A DNA stretch of 63,878 nucleotides, filler included, from Folioceros fuciformis (GCA_049999805.1; 4 parts of 4 records of this genome joined end to end with filler, not necessarily neighbours in it), one strand, 5' to 3'. Positions 14,384 to 26,757 are shown, counted from the whole stretch's first letter. Program-made: numbers and translations. The notes: generated by a model not told the origin, from the sequence alone.

Positions 14384-16326
14384 CTTAGGTGAATAAATTC
14401 TCTTGTTTGTGCTATCCTCTTAACAATTTCCCAGTCATATTTTTCTTCTTGAGTACCGGATGGAGTGAACCTAGTCATGTAAAGAATCTCTACTCAACCT
14501 AACACTTGTATCTCTAAATGGCTCTATTTTTTTCAAACCCATAGATGATGCAAAGTGCATTACGTTGTAATGCTTCTGAACAACATCATATATGGGCCCA
14601 TAATTCTTGTTAAAACCAATTGGTGGTAGTCATTTTTTTGCATCACCCTTCTTGCATTTGTATCCAAGTTTGGTCCATTGACAAGTTGATGTTTGTTCGG
14701 TCTCCCAAAAGGCTTCTTAGGCTTGGGTAAAAAAATATGGCTTTACATAAGAATATATTCTTGAGCAGCTTGCTCTACAAGTTATCTACATTCTTTGTTT
14801 TCAACTCTAGCAAGGGATGTAAGCTATACTTGCCTAAAAGTTGTATAATAGAAGATCAAAGTTGTATAATAGAAGATCGGTTTGGAGATTGCATATTATA
14901 GAGAAAGAACAATCTATTGCTTCTTGGACAAAGGGTCAAGGCCGAGCTTTCTCCCTTTGCCTTAGCTATATCTAGTAACAAAGTGAGCCCCCTTTTACCT
15001 TAGCTATGTCTAGTGACAAAGTGAGCCCCTCCTTTGCCGTAATTGTATCTTGTAACAGAAATGAGTCTCTTATCGTTCCTAATTGTATCTTGTTACTCAT
15101 AGCCATCTTTTAAAATTAATTTTCCATAAAATAATTTTAATTCTATCTACTTAAAAACAAATCTAGAATATGAAGCCTACCCACTTTGAAATTTTGAAAG
15201 GAGGGATTGAGTGCCTAATATGGTTTGGTCTACCAACTTGAACAAGCTATATTAAGAATAAATGATCGAAGAAAAATTTTCCAAGTTAAGTAAGCGTGTA
15301 CCTATGAAGTTAGCGTGATGGTGGCCGACCCACCAAATCGTACCACATCCGAACTCGAACCGGCTTTCTGCTGGCCCGACCCAATTGCACTTTGTAACCA
15401 AGCGCTGCTACCGCTGGCCTTGGCCATTCCCGGAAACAGTCGAAGAAACAAAGAAAATTCATTTGTTGTGTCAGAAGCACTGGGTGGTTTCAAGGCCCAT
15501 GCAGGAGCGGTGGGGTACAGTCAGGAAATTGATAGCAACCGCTCCGGGTNNNNNNNNNNNNNNNNNNNNNNNNNNNNNNNNNNNNNNNNNNNNNNNNNNN
15601 NNNNNNNNNNNNNNNNNNNNNNNNNNNNNNNNNNNNNNNNNNNNNNNNNGCTCTCTTTTGCCCAAGGGAATCAGTCACATTCATCACTTGCCATCAATAA
15701 GGATACCATCATTAGCGCGGATACGTGCCCGACACCCGCGTCAGAATCTCGTTATGCCCCCTTACAAATACTTTGCACTGCTTCTCACCAGGTTATGTTT
15801 CCTCTATGTCCTTCTCGAGTTTAGGGATATCGATTCCAACTTCCACCGCACAGAGCTCATAAATTTCGTTGTGGGACGGCTAAAGGGATAGAAGCTTCCG
15901 GGCTGGATTTGCCCGAGGGATGCGCATTCACAACAAGTATACATTTTTGAATGAAGGAAACCTGTAGAACATTCTCATTCATTAGAGTTTTTAACCTGCG
16001 CCATTACTTCAGCACAGTTCTTATCAGAAAGCATACCGTTTTCAAGTTCAGCGGTTTTGTAGTCTATAAACACAGCGAACCCATACCCTGGAAACTACAT
16101 ATTCACGATGGTACTCCCACTATCACTTGAGTGACATTTACCCGCACATAGGACCATTTACGCTTTTCTGTCTTAGAACACAACCTCGGAGAAGCTCATA
16201 CACCCACCTCTTCCTTGATACCCAGCTTCCCAAGTTCGCACAACTCCACAAATGTATGAGGCTGGAGAAAGGCATGCAACCCCTACCTCGGAAAAAATCT
16301 GTACATGCAACCCCGATCCGAGTGAC

Positions 16327-17244
16327 TCATAAGTTCACATCTGCTGGCCCTTCCTGCTGCTCCAGCCTAAGCATGGCAAAAGATTCCGGCAAGGGTATAG
16401 AGCTGCCATGTCGAGAGCAGCACTCACAAGGGTAGGCACACACACTTCGTGGCCTCAGCTGCTTCGGCCATTGAGGGACCTCTAACGCACCTTCCATCGC
16501 CCGATGGATTGCCTCCTTTGCTGATAAGTATGTGCGTTTAGCGGCCTCTACTAGGGGACCCCAACACTCAAGCTTATTGTACTCTTTCACGTTTGAGTGG
16601 AAATAAACCCAGACCAGGGCCTGCTCCAGCTCCGGGTGCTTCTCGAAGAATTCTCTGTCACCATGAAGGAAAGCCGCAAAAACCACAGGCAGCTCCTTGC
16701 GAAAGATGTAGTAGCGGAAATTGGCTATCATGTTGTGGTAGAAATTGCCTCCACTGATGTGGCAGTGCACATGCAGAGCCATGTGACCCTTCACCTTCTT
16801 CCACTCAGCGAGCACTTCATCTCTTTGGAAACTACTGTACCAACCCTTCAATTGAGCCTTGTTGATCTCCTCTGAAATAGCAAGCGTTAGCTTGGCAGTG
16901 ACATCGCTGTGAGTGAGGGTATAGATGCGGGGCCGTAGTTGTACATCTTTTTTGTCCACCCCAAGAATTAGAACGCTCAACTTGGAGGCTTCAAACAAGG
17001 CCGGCCCGAAAAGTCTTGCCTCCACGGTAGGTCTGGCAGATTTCACCTGCATCACTGTTTCCCGCTCCTCCGCCTTCAACCTCGATATCCCCGACATGTC
17101 AAGAAAGCGTGAGGAAAGACAGAGACTATCCACTCTCTTCTGATTGAACCGCACCCCAACCCTGGTGCACCCAGAATCCACGGAGGTGGAAGGGGAATTC
17201 ACAATCCCAGGCTGCACGACAGCTTTCGTCATAGTGGTCGCCAT
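16327..17244 (-). CDS. SGR: STAY-GREEN (SGR/NYE) magnesium dechelatase, intronless, 305 aa
   Basis: Diagnostic motifs ARLFGPALFEASKL, PRIYTLTHSDVTAKLTLAI, QRDEVLAEWKK, LHVHCHISGG, RYYIFRKELPVV, VWVYFHSN..EYNKLECWGPL. C-terminal Cys-rich motif PRSVCAYPCECC is typical of SGR1/2 rather than SGRL. S/T/R-rich N-terminus resembles a plastid transit peptide. Confidence 0.95.
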   Translation of the reverse strand: MATTMTKAVVQPGIVNSPSTSVDSGCTRVGVRFNQKRVDSLCLSSRFLDMSGISRLKAEERETVMQVKSARPTVEARLFGPALFEASKLSVLILGVDKKDVQLRPRIYTLTHSDVTAKLTLAISEEINKAQLKGWYSSFQRDEVLAEWKKVKGHMALHVHCHISGGNFYHNMIANFRYYIFRKELPVVFAAFLHGDREFFEKHPELEQALVWVYFHSNVKEYNKLECWGPLVEAAKRTYLSAKEAIHRAMEGALEVPQWPKQLRPRSVCAYPCECCSRHGSSIPLPESFAMLRLEQQEGPADVNL

Positions 17245-18969
17245 GGCTTCAACTATCTCCTCCTAGCTTCCTGCTTACCCAGAGTCGATGAGGAGGTGAT
17301 TTTTATCGATCACAAGACCGTTGGCAAATTCTACACAGATCCATTGGAAAATCGGGGTCCTTCCTGGCCAACGATTTGAAACTGATGAAAGAAATCAGCA
17401 ATCACGGTAGGTCAGCCCGTGACCCACTACACTCACCGTCAGTATTGTGAGTATGCCTGAAGTTATTATCAATGGCCTATCTGGACTCTGCAAAGTGTTT
17501 AGAATAGATTCCGTCAGCACTCAGTCATACACCTCACGATGACGGACTTGCTTAGACAAGGGAACAGTGCAAATTTGATCGATGACCAAATCCTTGGTTT
17601 CGAATACCGTACCCAGGGCAACTAGACTGCAGCGGACAACGTCGCCAGCGCACAGAAGAAGATAACCAGGCCTGCAATCCCGTGAATTCTCTCAATCAGA
17701 TTGACAACCATCGAGAGACCAGAACTAAGCCAAGCAGTCCATGCTGGTTGCTCAAAACAATTTGACAGGGACAATGTTCCTGAAGGTCAACTATAGGATC
17801 AGAACTGGAACAGCCAACTGTCAGCAATAATCAGCAAAAGGTCATCAGATACAGAACTGGAGACATGAGCAGAAGGGCACGAACCATTGCCCACCATTGA
17901 CAAATTCCGCCATGAGTAGCATAGCGACCATTCAGGTGCTACTTCCCCTGCCCTGATAACGCCAATCACGTCGGCACACCAATCAACAGCACTGCAGAGA
18001 CCGGTGACATACCACGGAAAAAGGAGAACCGCGAGGCTCCAGATCGCTGCCGACCAACGCCGGGTGAGACCAATTCTTGACAAACGCAATCAGGTGACAA
18101 ATTGAACCTTCTTCCCAGCGCAAATCCAAGAACAAGTACGCCAACAAAATCAGAACGGATCTCTTGCTGGCGACGTGAGCTAGGATACCAATTTCCTACC
18201 CCGCTTCCCACACTCGCACTCACGCAACTGGTCAGGGAACTTGACGGGCTCCAAAAGGAACACGCGGCAAAGGAATCAACGTACAAGAAAATTCCAAGAA
18301 ACAGAGAACGTGATGGGCAAGGCACCGCACGCCCATTTGGCCCTCGTGTTCAAACACGTCACGCAAGTGAGAGAGGATCCGTCGCCCAACGGGACGCCAC
18401 GTCCGCGCGAGGTGAAGGAATTGCAAGCCTCAGTCCGTGAAACTGGTCATGACATCTCAGGGCTTCTGTCGCGAAGCCTGCGGTTCCTCCAACCCAACAT
18501 CAGATCCGGCAACTCCGGTGGCGCCCACACCGTCCCCAGTCCCAGCCCTCGCTCCGACTCCGGCGCCGCCACCCGGAGCAGAGTCGGTGGCACCGTGCCT
18601 CCAGAATAGCTGTAGCTTGGAGAGGACCGGATCGACGGGTTGGCCTCCAGCTCGGCTTCGCGGGAACGATCCTCCGCCCTCTGGATACCGCCTTCGGCAT
18701 GTACCTTGGTGCCAGCACTCCGCTTCTCCTATTCAAGATCCATCCTGTAGGCCGACGGACCACGGGGTTGGATTGCCTCCCCGTCCGTGGAAGTTGCCCT
18801 TCGCGCTCCTCCATACTCGTCGAAGTCGAGGCGTCCTCCTGCGTCCCGGATGTGTCGGGAATTATGGTCCGCCCCTTCCTGTTCTTCCTTTCCCGATTTC
18901 TTTCCTGGCGGGCTCCTCCCTTCTATTGGCACCCTGCGGCCTACTTCCGGTGCGGACGGCCATAGCGGG

Positions 18970-21066
18970 TGTCTCCTCATAGGACCTCATCCAGACCCTC
19001 CAGTCCTTCTCACCTCCTTAGCATGCTAGCTTCAGCGTCCTCTCATACTGCCATGAGCACGTCCTCGACCTGTACCGCGGGTCCTGCATTCGGCCCGGCT
19101 GGTTGGGCTGCTACGACCGGGGGTTGGGCAATTCTCACGTGCTTCTTTGGTACTTGGCAGAGAATACTGCCGGCGACGTGCCCCGCCTGATTGCTATCTA
19201 TGCACAACCTCTCGAAATCGCCATTCCCCTGTCGCATCGCTTAGGGGCAATTGCCTGCAAAATGTCCAAACCCCCGACAGTTGTAACACTGGATGGTGGT
19301 TAGCTGTCCGGGATTCCTCGCCACCTGATTTCGCATTCCCATGGTCGCAGGGTTTCGTAGATTCAGGGCATACGGCATCTTCGGGTACCCTGAAATTGGC
19401 ACCGCTTCTTGGATCTGGTAGGTATCTTCCACATACGTGTCTTCCTCTTGTTTCTCATAATCCAACAGCTGCACCTTCATCTGCGGACATCTAGCCTTCG
19501 AATGTCCTTGCTGGCCACAAGTTGAACAATACAGATTTGCTCGTCCCCCTGTAGTGTCTCTCTGCCTCTCATGGTCCTTCACCACATTGATACCACATTG
19601 ATGTAAAGCTTTTTCAAGTTTGGCCATTATTTCCTCCATTTGGTTCCCTTGCTATTCCACCTTCTTGGCCGCCATCTCCATCTCCTTTCTTGCCTGTTCG
19701 GCGTCCCTCCTCGCACTCACAATCTCCGGCTTTGCCTTCACCAGCTCCTTCCCTCGGGTGTGATGGTTTCGTTCCAATCCGCTTTTTGATGTCTTCTTGT
19801 TCTTCTTTCGGCTGCGCTCATCGCCGGATGAATCTTCCTCAGAGCTGCCGGTGTCCTTCCCTGGGGAACTGTCCGAAGAGTCCTTGGAAGAGCTCTCCTC
19901 CTCCGTCGAGTACTTCTTTTTTTTTCTTCTGAATTTTCTTCTTGTCTCCCTGACTCTTCCTCTCGTCCTTCCGGGATTTCTTCCTCTCCTTTGCGTTGGA
20001 CTCTTCAGAATTTAGTGCAGGCCTGATCGCTCGGTCCATATCTTTTTCTGCTTGGAGTCGTATGTGCTTCACCATTGCCGTGCCTAGACCTCTAACAAAC
20101 CAACTTATGGCCATGCCCTCTGAATAAGGGCTAGCGCGGTCCCGCAAACTGTGGAACCGTTCCACATAGGCCTGCAACGATTCTCTCTACTTCCTTCGCA
20201 GCCTCTCGAGCTTGGACAAGACATACCCTTCAACATCCACCCCTCGAAACCTTTCACAAAAAGCTATTTTTAACGCGTCAAAGGTGGTAGGAGGTGTGGA
20301 CGACTTGAGGTACTCCCGCTTGTACCACTTGGCTGCAGCTCCACGCAGGATTCTGTAGAATAGTTGAACGCGTTGCGCATCCCCTGCTTCCTGGTAGAAT
20401 AGTTGAACGCGTTGCGCATCTCCTGCTTCCGGGTAGAATAGTTGAACGCGTTGCGCATCTCCTGCTTCCTGGTTGGCAATGGTCAGCTACCCAAAACGCT
20501 CGACAAAGTCATCAGGATCCTCATACCCTTTCTTTTTCCCATATAGTGGGTAAGATTGCTTAGTGGTTACAGCAACTGGGGTGGTAGCCATCGCTACCGT
20601 GATAGTATTCACAGCAACTACAGTAGCAGATGTAACCACCGCGCCTGGACTGACTTCTACACCCACAAAATTTGTCTGGACTGAGGTTGAGCAAGGTAAT
20701 CTGGAATGGAGATCAACCGGCGACCACGGATTGGGGTACTTGGCCCAAGCTACCTCCTCCAAACCCAAGAGTTGCAGTTCTAACCCAAATGAATTCTGAC
20801 CTTCAGTTCCAAGCTGGCTCCTTGTCCCTATTCCTCGTCCAGCAGGTGTGTTCCGCCGGTGCGACCTTCTAGCGACCCTATGCAACCTCTCCGCTGCCTG
20901 GCATTGCCGCTTTGCCAGGGGCGTTTCTACACAATCATGCTCAGAGTCGTTGGTCTTCACCCGAGGCATCCATCAACCTATCACTGCCTACACTCTCTAC
21001 CAATTCTATTGGTTCCTACTACCTACGTTCTTGACAGCAATTCATTCCTCGGCAACGACACCAAAA
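18970..21066 (-). mobile_element. Athila-like Ty3/gypsy internal fragment: PBS plus degenerate gag with two CCHC zinc knuckles; no pol found
   Basis: Minus-strand PBS TGGTGTCGTTGCCGAGGA (21046-21063), similar to the Athila tRNA-Asp PBS TGGCGCCGTTGCCG, 3 nt after ...CTCCACA. Gag motifs EDPDDFVERF, ILRGAAAKWY, AYVERFHSL, FVRGL; knuckles CSTCGQQGHSKARC and CYNCRGFGHFAGNC. Stops and frameshifts present. Confidence 0.75.
20355..20472. repeat. 39-bp (13-codon) triplication inside gag
   Basis: GTAGAATAGTTGAACGCGTTGCGCATCYCCTGCTTCCKG three times. Confidence 0.9.
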
Positions 21067-21920
21067 TGTGGAGTAAAATGTTGTGTCCGAGGACACTGTG
21101 AGGCCCACACATACCCTCTATGTCGTTGTAGCCATGGGATTCACTCCCAAGGGAAGGATTTCTGCCAAGTAACACAGGTTTCTTCTAATACAGACTCTTA
21201 CCTAGGTCAAGCCTTATCTACTACCAGTTCTTCTACTGACTACGCCCTACCACTACCCCTCAGTTAGCCTAGCTACCGCGGACCCTACTCTACGACTCTG
21301 GTCCCTACTCTACGACCACTAGTAGCTTCCACGACCAGTAGAGGGTTCCACGACCATGGTAGGTCCCACCCAAAACCCTATTATTTTTCGGCGCCTGCGC
21401 CGCCACGGGTTTCTGTCTAGGGGTTTCCATGCTCACAGATCTAGTCTTATTGGATGCTCTCCGTACATGCAAGTGCCAATCCTTGGGAAACAAGACCCAG
21501 CAGATCAGCCACTCTCCCTCACACACACATGCATCACTCTCCACTCATGCAAAACACACAATAACTCTGGTGTACACTTAGTTCTCACAGGCCTGTCTCC
21601 AAGCGTCTTTTGTCTCCCAGCAACGCCACAAATCTCAAGCAATTGCTCAGCGATCCTTCACAACCCCTCACAAGCTTCAACAATCTCCAACAGTTCTCCA
21701 CAAACATTCAAGAATTCCTCGTAAACTCTCCAGTAATCGCATCCAATCTTCAGCAATCTTTCACAATTATCCAGCAATTTCTCAGCGATTCTCTTCAATT
21801 CTCCAGCAATCTTGCAGCAACCTCAGCAATCTTCTAGGATCCTTCTCAGTCTCTCAACAAGGCTCTTCAGTTAGTTGCAGTCAGTTCGTCTCCTTTTCTC
21901 TCCTCAGCTCACTCACTTAG
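21067..21920 (-). mobile_element. Probable LTR of the Athila-like element (distal boundary uncertain)
   Basis: Starts on + with TGTGGAG right beside the PBS; internal low-complexity CAGCAATC repeats; partner LTR not seen in the window. Confidence 0.45.
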
Positions 21921-21950
21921 ACACCAGATTTGAAACGCAGTCGACAGTTC

Positions 21951-22417
21951 GGGGAATAAGGGAAAGAGGAGGTCTCCTTCCACTCCGCACAACGGGCGGA
22001 TTCACCCCCCTCTCCTCAGCTACGGTCCACAGTTAGTCTTCTTCTCACACACTCACTCCTTCACCCTTCTCCTTCTTACACACTCGCTTCAACTCCTCAT
22101 CTTCTCACACACGTTCTTCAACCTTGTCTTCACACACACTCTTTTCAACACCAGATTGAAACGTAGTCGTAGGGTTGGGGAATAAGGGAAGGAGGCGATC
22201 CCCTTCCACTCCGTGCAATTGGCAGATTTGTCCCCCTCACCTCAGCTACGGTCCATAGTCAATCGTTTAGGGAATAAAGGAAGGAGAGACTCCCCTTCCA
22301 CTCCATGCAGTTGGAGGATTCGTCCCCCTTACTTCCTACTATGGAGCACCACGAATGACTCGGGGAATAAGGGAAGGTGACCTTCCACTCAGCAGTGACT
22401 TTGTTGATTCGTCCCCC
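21951..22417. repeat. Four copies of a ~60-nt structured (three-way junction) motif
   Basis: Cores at 21951-22010, 22177-22236, 22269-22328, 22362-22417: GGGGAATAAG-GGAAGG..CCTTCC-AC-[variable stem]-ATTCGTCCCCC. Confidence 0.8.
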
Positions 22418-22729
22418 TCACCACCCGTTGTGGAGCAAAAACTCTCGACTCCCCCTCAGGAGTGTCGTGCACACGCTGGCCACCCAGACCTCTCCCATCC
22501 AGCCATGGACAACGTGGGAACCTTGACTGGAATGAGTCGTCGATTCTTGCTACTTAGTGAGGCGCGAACAAGCCTCTTTGTACACACCACGGGCGGGATC
22601 GCAGCCGCCATTAAGTTTAGTCTTCATGCAGTCAGGCACTCTTAATTACGAGCAGCATCATGTCCAAGAAAGCATCTTCACCAGATCTTACTAAATGTTG
22701 TTCTAAGATGCAATGAATTCTGGCCTACC

Positions 22730-24912
22730 CTATTGCCGCGCTCGCCTCCTATCCGGCCATCGCGTGCCCCTCTCTCGGCCGCCAAATCCCCGGGCCCTCC
22801 TTCCTCTTCTCTGGTCAGGTAGATCCTCCCATAAAATCTCTTTCTCGCTTTCACTGCCGCCTGACTTCTCCTGTTGAGGCGTGGGTGAGGTCTGCCGAGG
22901 GGTCCATCCCCCATCGTCCGGCCGCCTATTGCTGAGGACCATCACGGGTTCTTGCTCCACCCATGCCTATGCTTCTTCTTCCGTCAGCTCCTCCAAGACT
23001 GCCTCCGAATAACAAGGAGGCAATCCTAACACCCGGAAGCAGTAGAAGAAGCATGCCCCGGGAGTCCTCAGTTGTAGGCAGTAAGACCTTGTCCCTCCTA
23101 TTTCCACACGCATATGGACAGTCAGGTTAAGCACACGGTCCCCATTCACATAGAGGCTAGGAACATAAGTTGCCTTATCCAGATGCTATAATACAATGTG
23201 GCCTTCTGCTGCAGATGAGGTGCTTACCCCCTCCTCCCGTGGGCTACCCCAAGCAACCTGTCTTCTGCTCTCTAGAGGTACTGGGGAATCCTCTGCTTCC
23301 GCGTCTGCCACTGCTCCTAATCCTGATTGGCTTCGTAAACCTCCTTGACTTGAGTCAGGAGCAGCTCCTGCTGATCCTTCATGGCCTACATCTCCTCCCG
23401 GGCCAGGCGTACTTCCTCTTGCGCCTGTTCCTTGGCTGCACTCAGGGTCTGTCAAGCTTCCTCCAATTGCTTCCGCCTTGTTGTTGCCTCAGACAGCTTG
23501 GCTTGCACCTCCTCTTCCTTCTGCCCCTGCATTCTCAGCCAAGTGAGCGCCAACATGTCCACCTGCGCCTGAACCACGGCCGCTGTCAGGCCTGGTAAAT
23601 CCACCTGCTAGGGTGCGCCTCTAGTAGCCATTCCTCTATCTAGGATCCCTCTGCCCAGTAGTGTGCGCACCCCGACCAGCTCCTCCTCCTGCAAATTCGC
23701 CACCAAGGGGGTGGCCCTGAAAATCTCTTCCCGCCCCGGAAAAGGCTCTTTCCTCGGGGTCAGCCCTAACTACTCTACCATCTCAGCCAGCCTCGCCCGC
23801 TCTACTAGCGCTGATTCCCTGGGTTCAGTAGAGGGGGTGCTCGGTTGCCTGTCGCATATTTTCCGGGTAGAATCTTACAGTGTCGAATCTTCTGCTCCTC
23901 TGGTGGTGCGCCCACTAACCTTCCTCCTCTTCGTGGGGTCTTCTGCCCAGCCCATGCCTTCCTCTTCCTACTGATAATTGCCTCCTCTTCCAAACTCCAT
24001 GTTGCTCCCGACTCCCAGCTGCTAGACTTGGCCTCCTCCTTGGGCTCCTCCAGCTTCCACTTGACCTCCCAAACGGGCTTCCACATGTGTAGGGAAGCAA
24101 CCACCTCTATCTATGGCAGACTGATAGTATAGCAATACAAATGGACCAGGAAAGGTGAGATCAAAGATGGGCGGGGGGTTGGAGAAGTCAAATTCTGCCT
24201 CTCCTCATTCAGTCGGTCGTAAATAATCTTCCCCAAGTCAATCCTGCTCCCCTTGACCACTTCGTGTAGGAAAACCAGCATGTGGTCCGACAGGTAGTCT
24301 TGCTTCCTGTTCTGCAAAATCACAAGAGCCACCTGGCTAGACCCATGAGCTGGGCAGTCGCCATCTCCCATGCTTGCCAGGAATTGGCCTCCCTTCGATT
24401 CCAACTTTGAATAGCGCCACTGCCGCCGCCGTGGTACTGCACTTCCTCAGGGACTCGATCACGAGTCCCCCCGCTTCCTCCTGGCTCTGCCCATATACCG
24501 TCCTGACCAGTTCGACGTCCCAGTCCTGGGGCCTCTCCCTGGTCTCTTCCCCTTTTGTCCTATTTCGCAACCGGTGCGCACACTCTTGCACCAGAGCGGG
24601 GGTCACATGGTTCCATCTCTTGGCCATGAACCCAAGGCCTAGCTCTTCTACCATCCCTCCTGCTCTAGCCTTCCAGTGGTCCATATTAGGCTAGAGGGCT
24701 ACCTCCACCTAAGGTATCGGCTCCAGCGTTGCATCCCTGGACGACTCCGTTCGCTTGCCTACACCTTGCGTCCCGTCTGCCATGTCCGCTCCCACCATGG
24801 TTGCGCTCCACTTCAAAAATACCGCATGACCCTTGGGTTCCCACTTAGGGTTTCCATTTGTCCGTGACACTTCAGTTCCACTACCACACCAGGGCTCTGC
24901 TACCAATTCCAC
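22730..24912 (-). pseudogene. Large degenerate retroelement-associated ORF (candidate Athila/Tat-type accessory ORF), with a coiled-coil-like C-terminal half
   Basis: Fragments EELGLGFMAKRWNH, RKQDYLSDHMLVFLHEVVKGSRIDLGKIIYDRL, SLISPFLVHLY, ASLHMWK are collinear and similar to 62620-63690 (+). Many stops and frameshifts. Confidence 0.6.
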
Positions 24913-24999
24913 TTTCTACGACGGCGGTCCGTCTTCCCCAACCGTTGCTATCACATCTACCTCACTTTTCAGCATAAGTCCACGACCCTTCCTCCTCGG

Positions 25000-25099
25000 N
25001 NNNNNNNNNNNNNNNNNNNNNNNNNNNNNNNNNNNNNNNNNNNTTAATTAATTAANNNNNNNNNNNNNNNNNNNNNNNNNNNNNNNNNNNNNNNNNNNN
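25000..25099. other. Artificial scaffold-join linker N44-TTAATTAATTAA-N44
   Basis: 12-mer with stops in all six frames centred in Ns; identical at three places. Confidence 0.9.
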
Positions 25100-26268
25100 A
25101 CATTGAGAAAAGTATCCATACATTCAATATGATGTTAAGATTCAGATGATTTAGTGTAAAATTTGCAAGCAATATAGGAAGAAAAGTCATATTAGATGAG
25201 GCAACGGCATAGCAAACATCAGGTCCAGTTCTATGGAAAACGAGCTTTCAATTCAATTAATTGGAATTGTCCAATTCTATACACAACATGCTTTCAATTC
25301 AATTCATTGGAATTGAACTAGAACCCGAGATCATGATAGTCCAAGATTTACCGAAGTGGTGAAGAATGTAGTAGGGTGTAGTTCTGATGGTCTAATTTAT
25401 CTATTTCAAATAGAATATAACCATTATAGGAATAACGGTCTAATTTGTCTGTTTCAAATAGTATATTACCTTTGTAGGAATAACGGTCAAATTAACTACT
25501 TAAAATAGTATATTTAAAATAGTATATTACCATTGTAGGAAGTTGTGCAATTTCATTATACAATTAATCTGATTATGGCAGTGGGAAATATTGAATCACA
25601 ATACCTTGATGACAAAGCTTGCACTGAGATGGTAATATTCATGGCCTCCTCACTCTTGGAGTCCCCCATATTTTGGTTCAATGTTTTCTCTCTAAACCTC
25701 TTTCTAACCCACTTAACCTCCTTCTAAGCCACTAGGAAAGACTTGATTGCTTAGACATTCCTACAATCAATGGATTTGGCAACAACTCACATGAATCAAT
25801 TTAAGATGAAATCATTGGAAGCAAAAATCATACACATACTTGAACTTGTAGTCTTAACCTTCATCTATAGAATAAAGGAGTCTTTATGTCTTACTAGTTT
25901 TCTTTTGAATCCCATTGAAAATAAAAACTTATGTGATTTCATCTATGAACCATATTAACATTCTTAAGGTCTTACTATAAAATATAATGATAATAGTATA
26001 TATAAGTACATAGAATAAAAAGTTATTTTTCTGTAAGAAAAAAAATAAAATAAAACCTATTTTCTCAAAAAAAGAAGATTCTCCTTATTTTCACTTTGGT
26101 CGGAGACTCGAAGCCATTTTTTTGACAAATGCCCTTTTCTTCCCAGGTTTGAGGGCCAAGTTAAGTCCCGACGTTTGGACCTTGACACGAAGGGGCAGGC
26201 CTCCTCGCGTCACAGACCCTGGGCCGGTAGGGGTAGAGCCTCGCGCGGGGTGCCGGTCACCAAATCTA

Positions 26269-26757
26269 TGTGAAACTGGTTCTTTTCGTGAAGCTCGTTA
26301 CTCTGAATAGTCATCGTAGGAGACACAATCTGAATAGACGCCACTTCTCCTCGTACAANNNNNNNNNNNNNNNNNNNNNNNNNNNNNNNNNNNNNNNNNN
26401 NNNNNNNNNNNNNNNNNNNNNNNNNNNNNNNNNNNNNNNNNNNNNNNNNNNNNNNNNNCTGACATTCTTACCAAGCCCTTGGGGAAGATCAAACATGAGA
26501 GCTTCTATTCGGAATTAGGACTTGTTGATTTGTGATGTTTCAGATCATCTCGCTTCAAGGGGGGTGTGTGAAACCGGTTCCTTTCGTCAAGCTCGTTATT
26601 CTGAATAGGCATCATCATCGTAAGAGACACGATTCAAATAGACGCGACTCCTCCTCGTACAGACTTGTTTAATACCTTTGTACATGCACATAATTAAAAC
26701 ACACACTTTGCATTCTCTCCTCTCAGTTGTGTGTGTGCTCTCCTTTACTTTGGTTCA
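26269..26757 (+). mobile_element. Ty1/copia element, mostly in a gap: partial 5' LTR (26269-26358), RNase H tail (26459-26535), PPT, second LTR (26567-26757)
   Basis: Both LTR copies start TGTGAAAC(T/C)GGTTC. Tail reads DILTKPLGKIKHESFYSELGL*. PPT TTCAAGGGGGG precedes the second LTR. Confidence 0.8.

Noticed and set aside
15302..15891. ORFs spanning the 100-N gap
   Set aside because: Lengths are inflated by Ns and no protein motif is recognisable.
21951..22417. Hammerhead ribozyme (retrozyme) or CRISPR repeat
   Set aside because: No CUGANGA/GAAA core in the right topology on either strand; spacing is irregular.
26185..26268. HDV-like ribozyme suggested by GCCTCCTCGC
   Set aside because: Could not build P1/P2 and J4/2; the motif is better explained as one arm of a simple hairpin.
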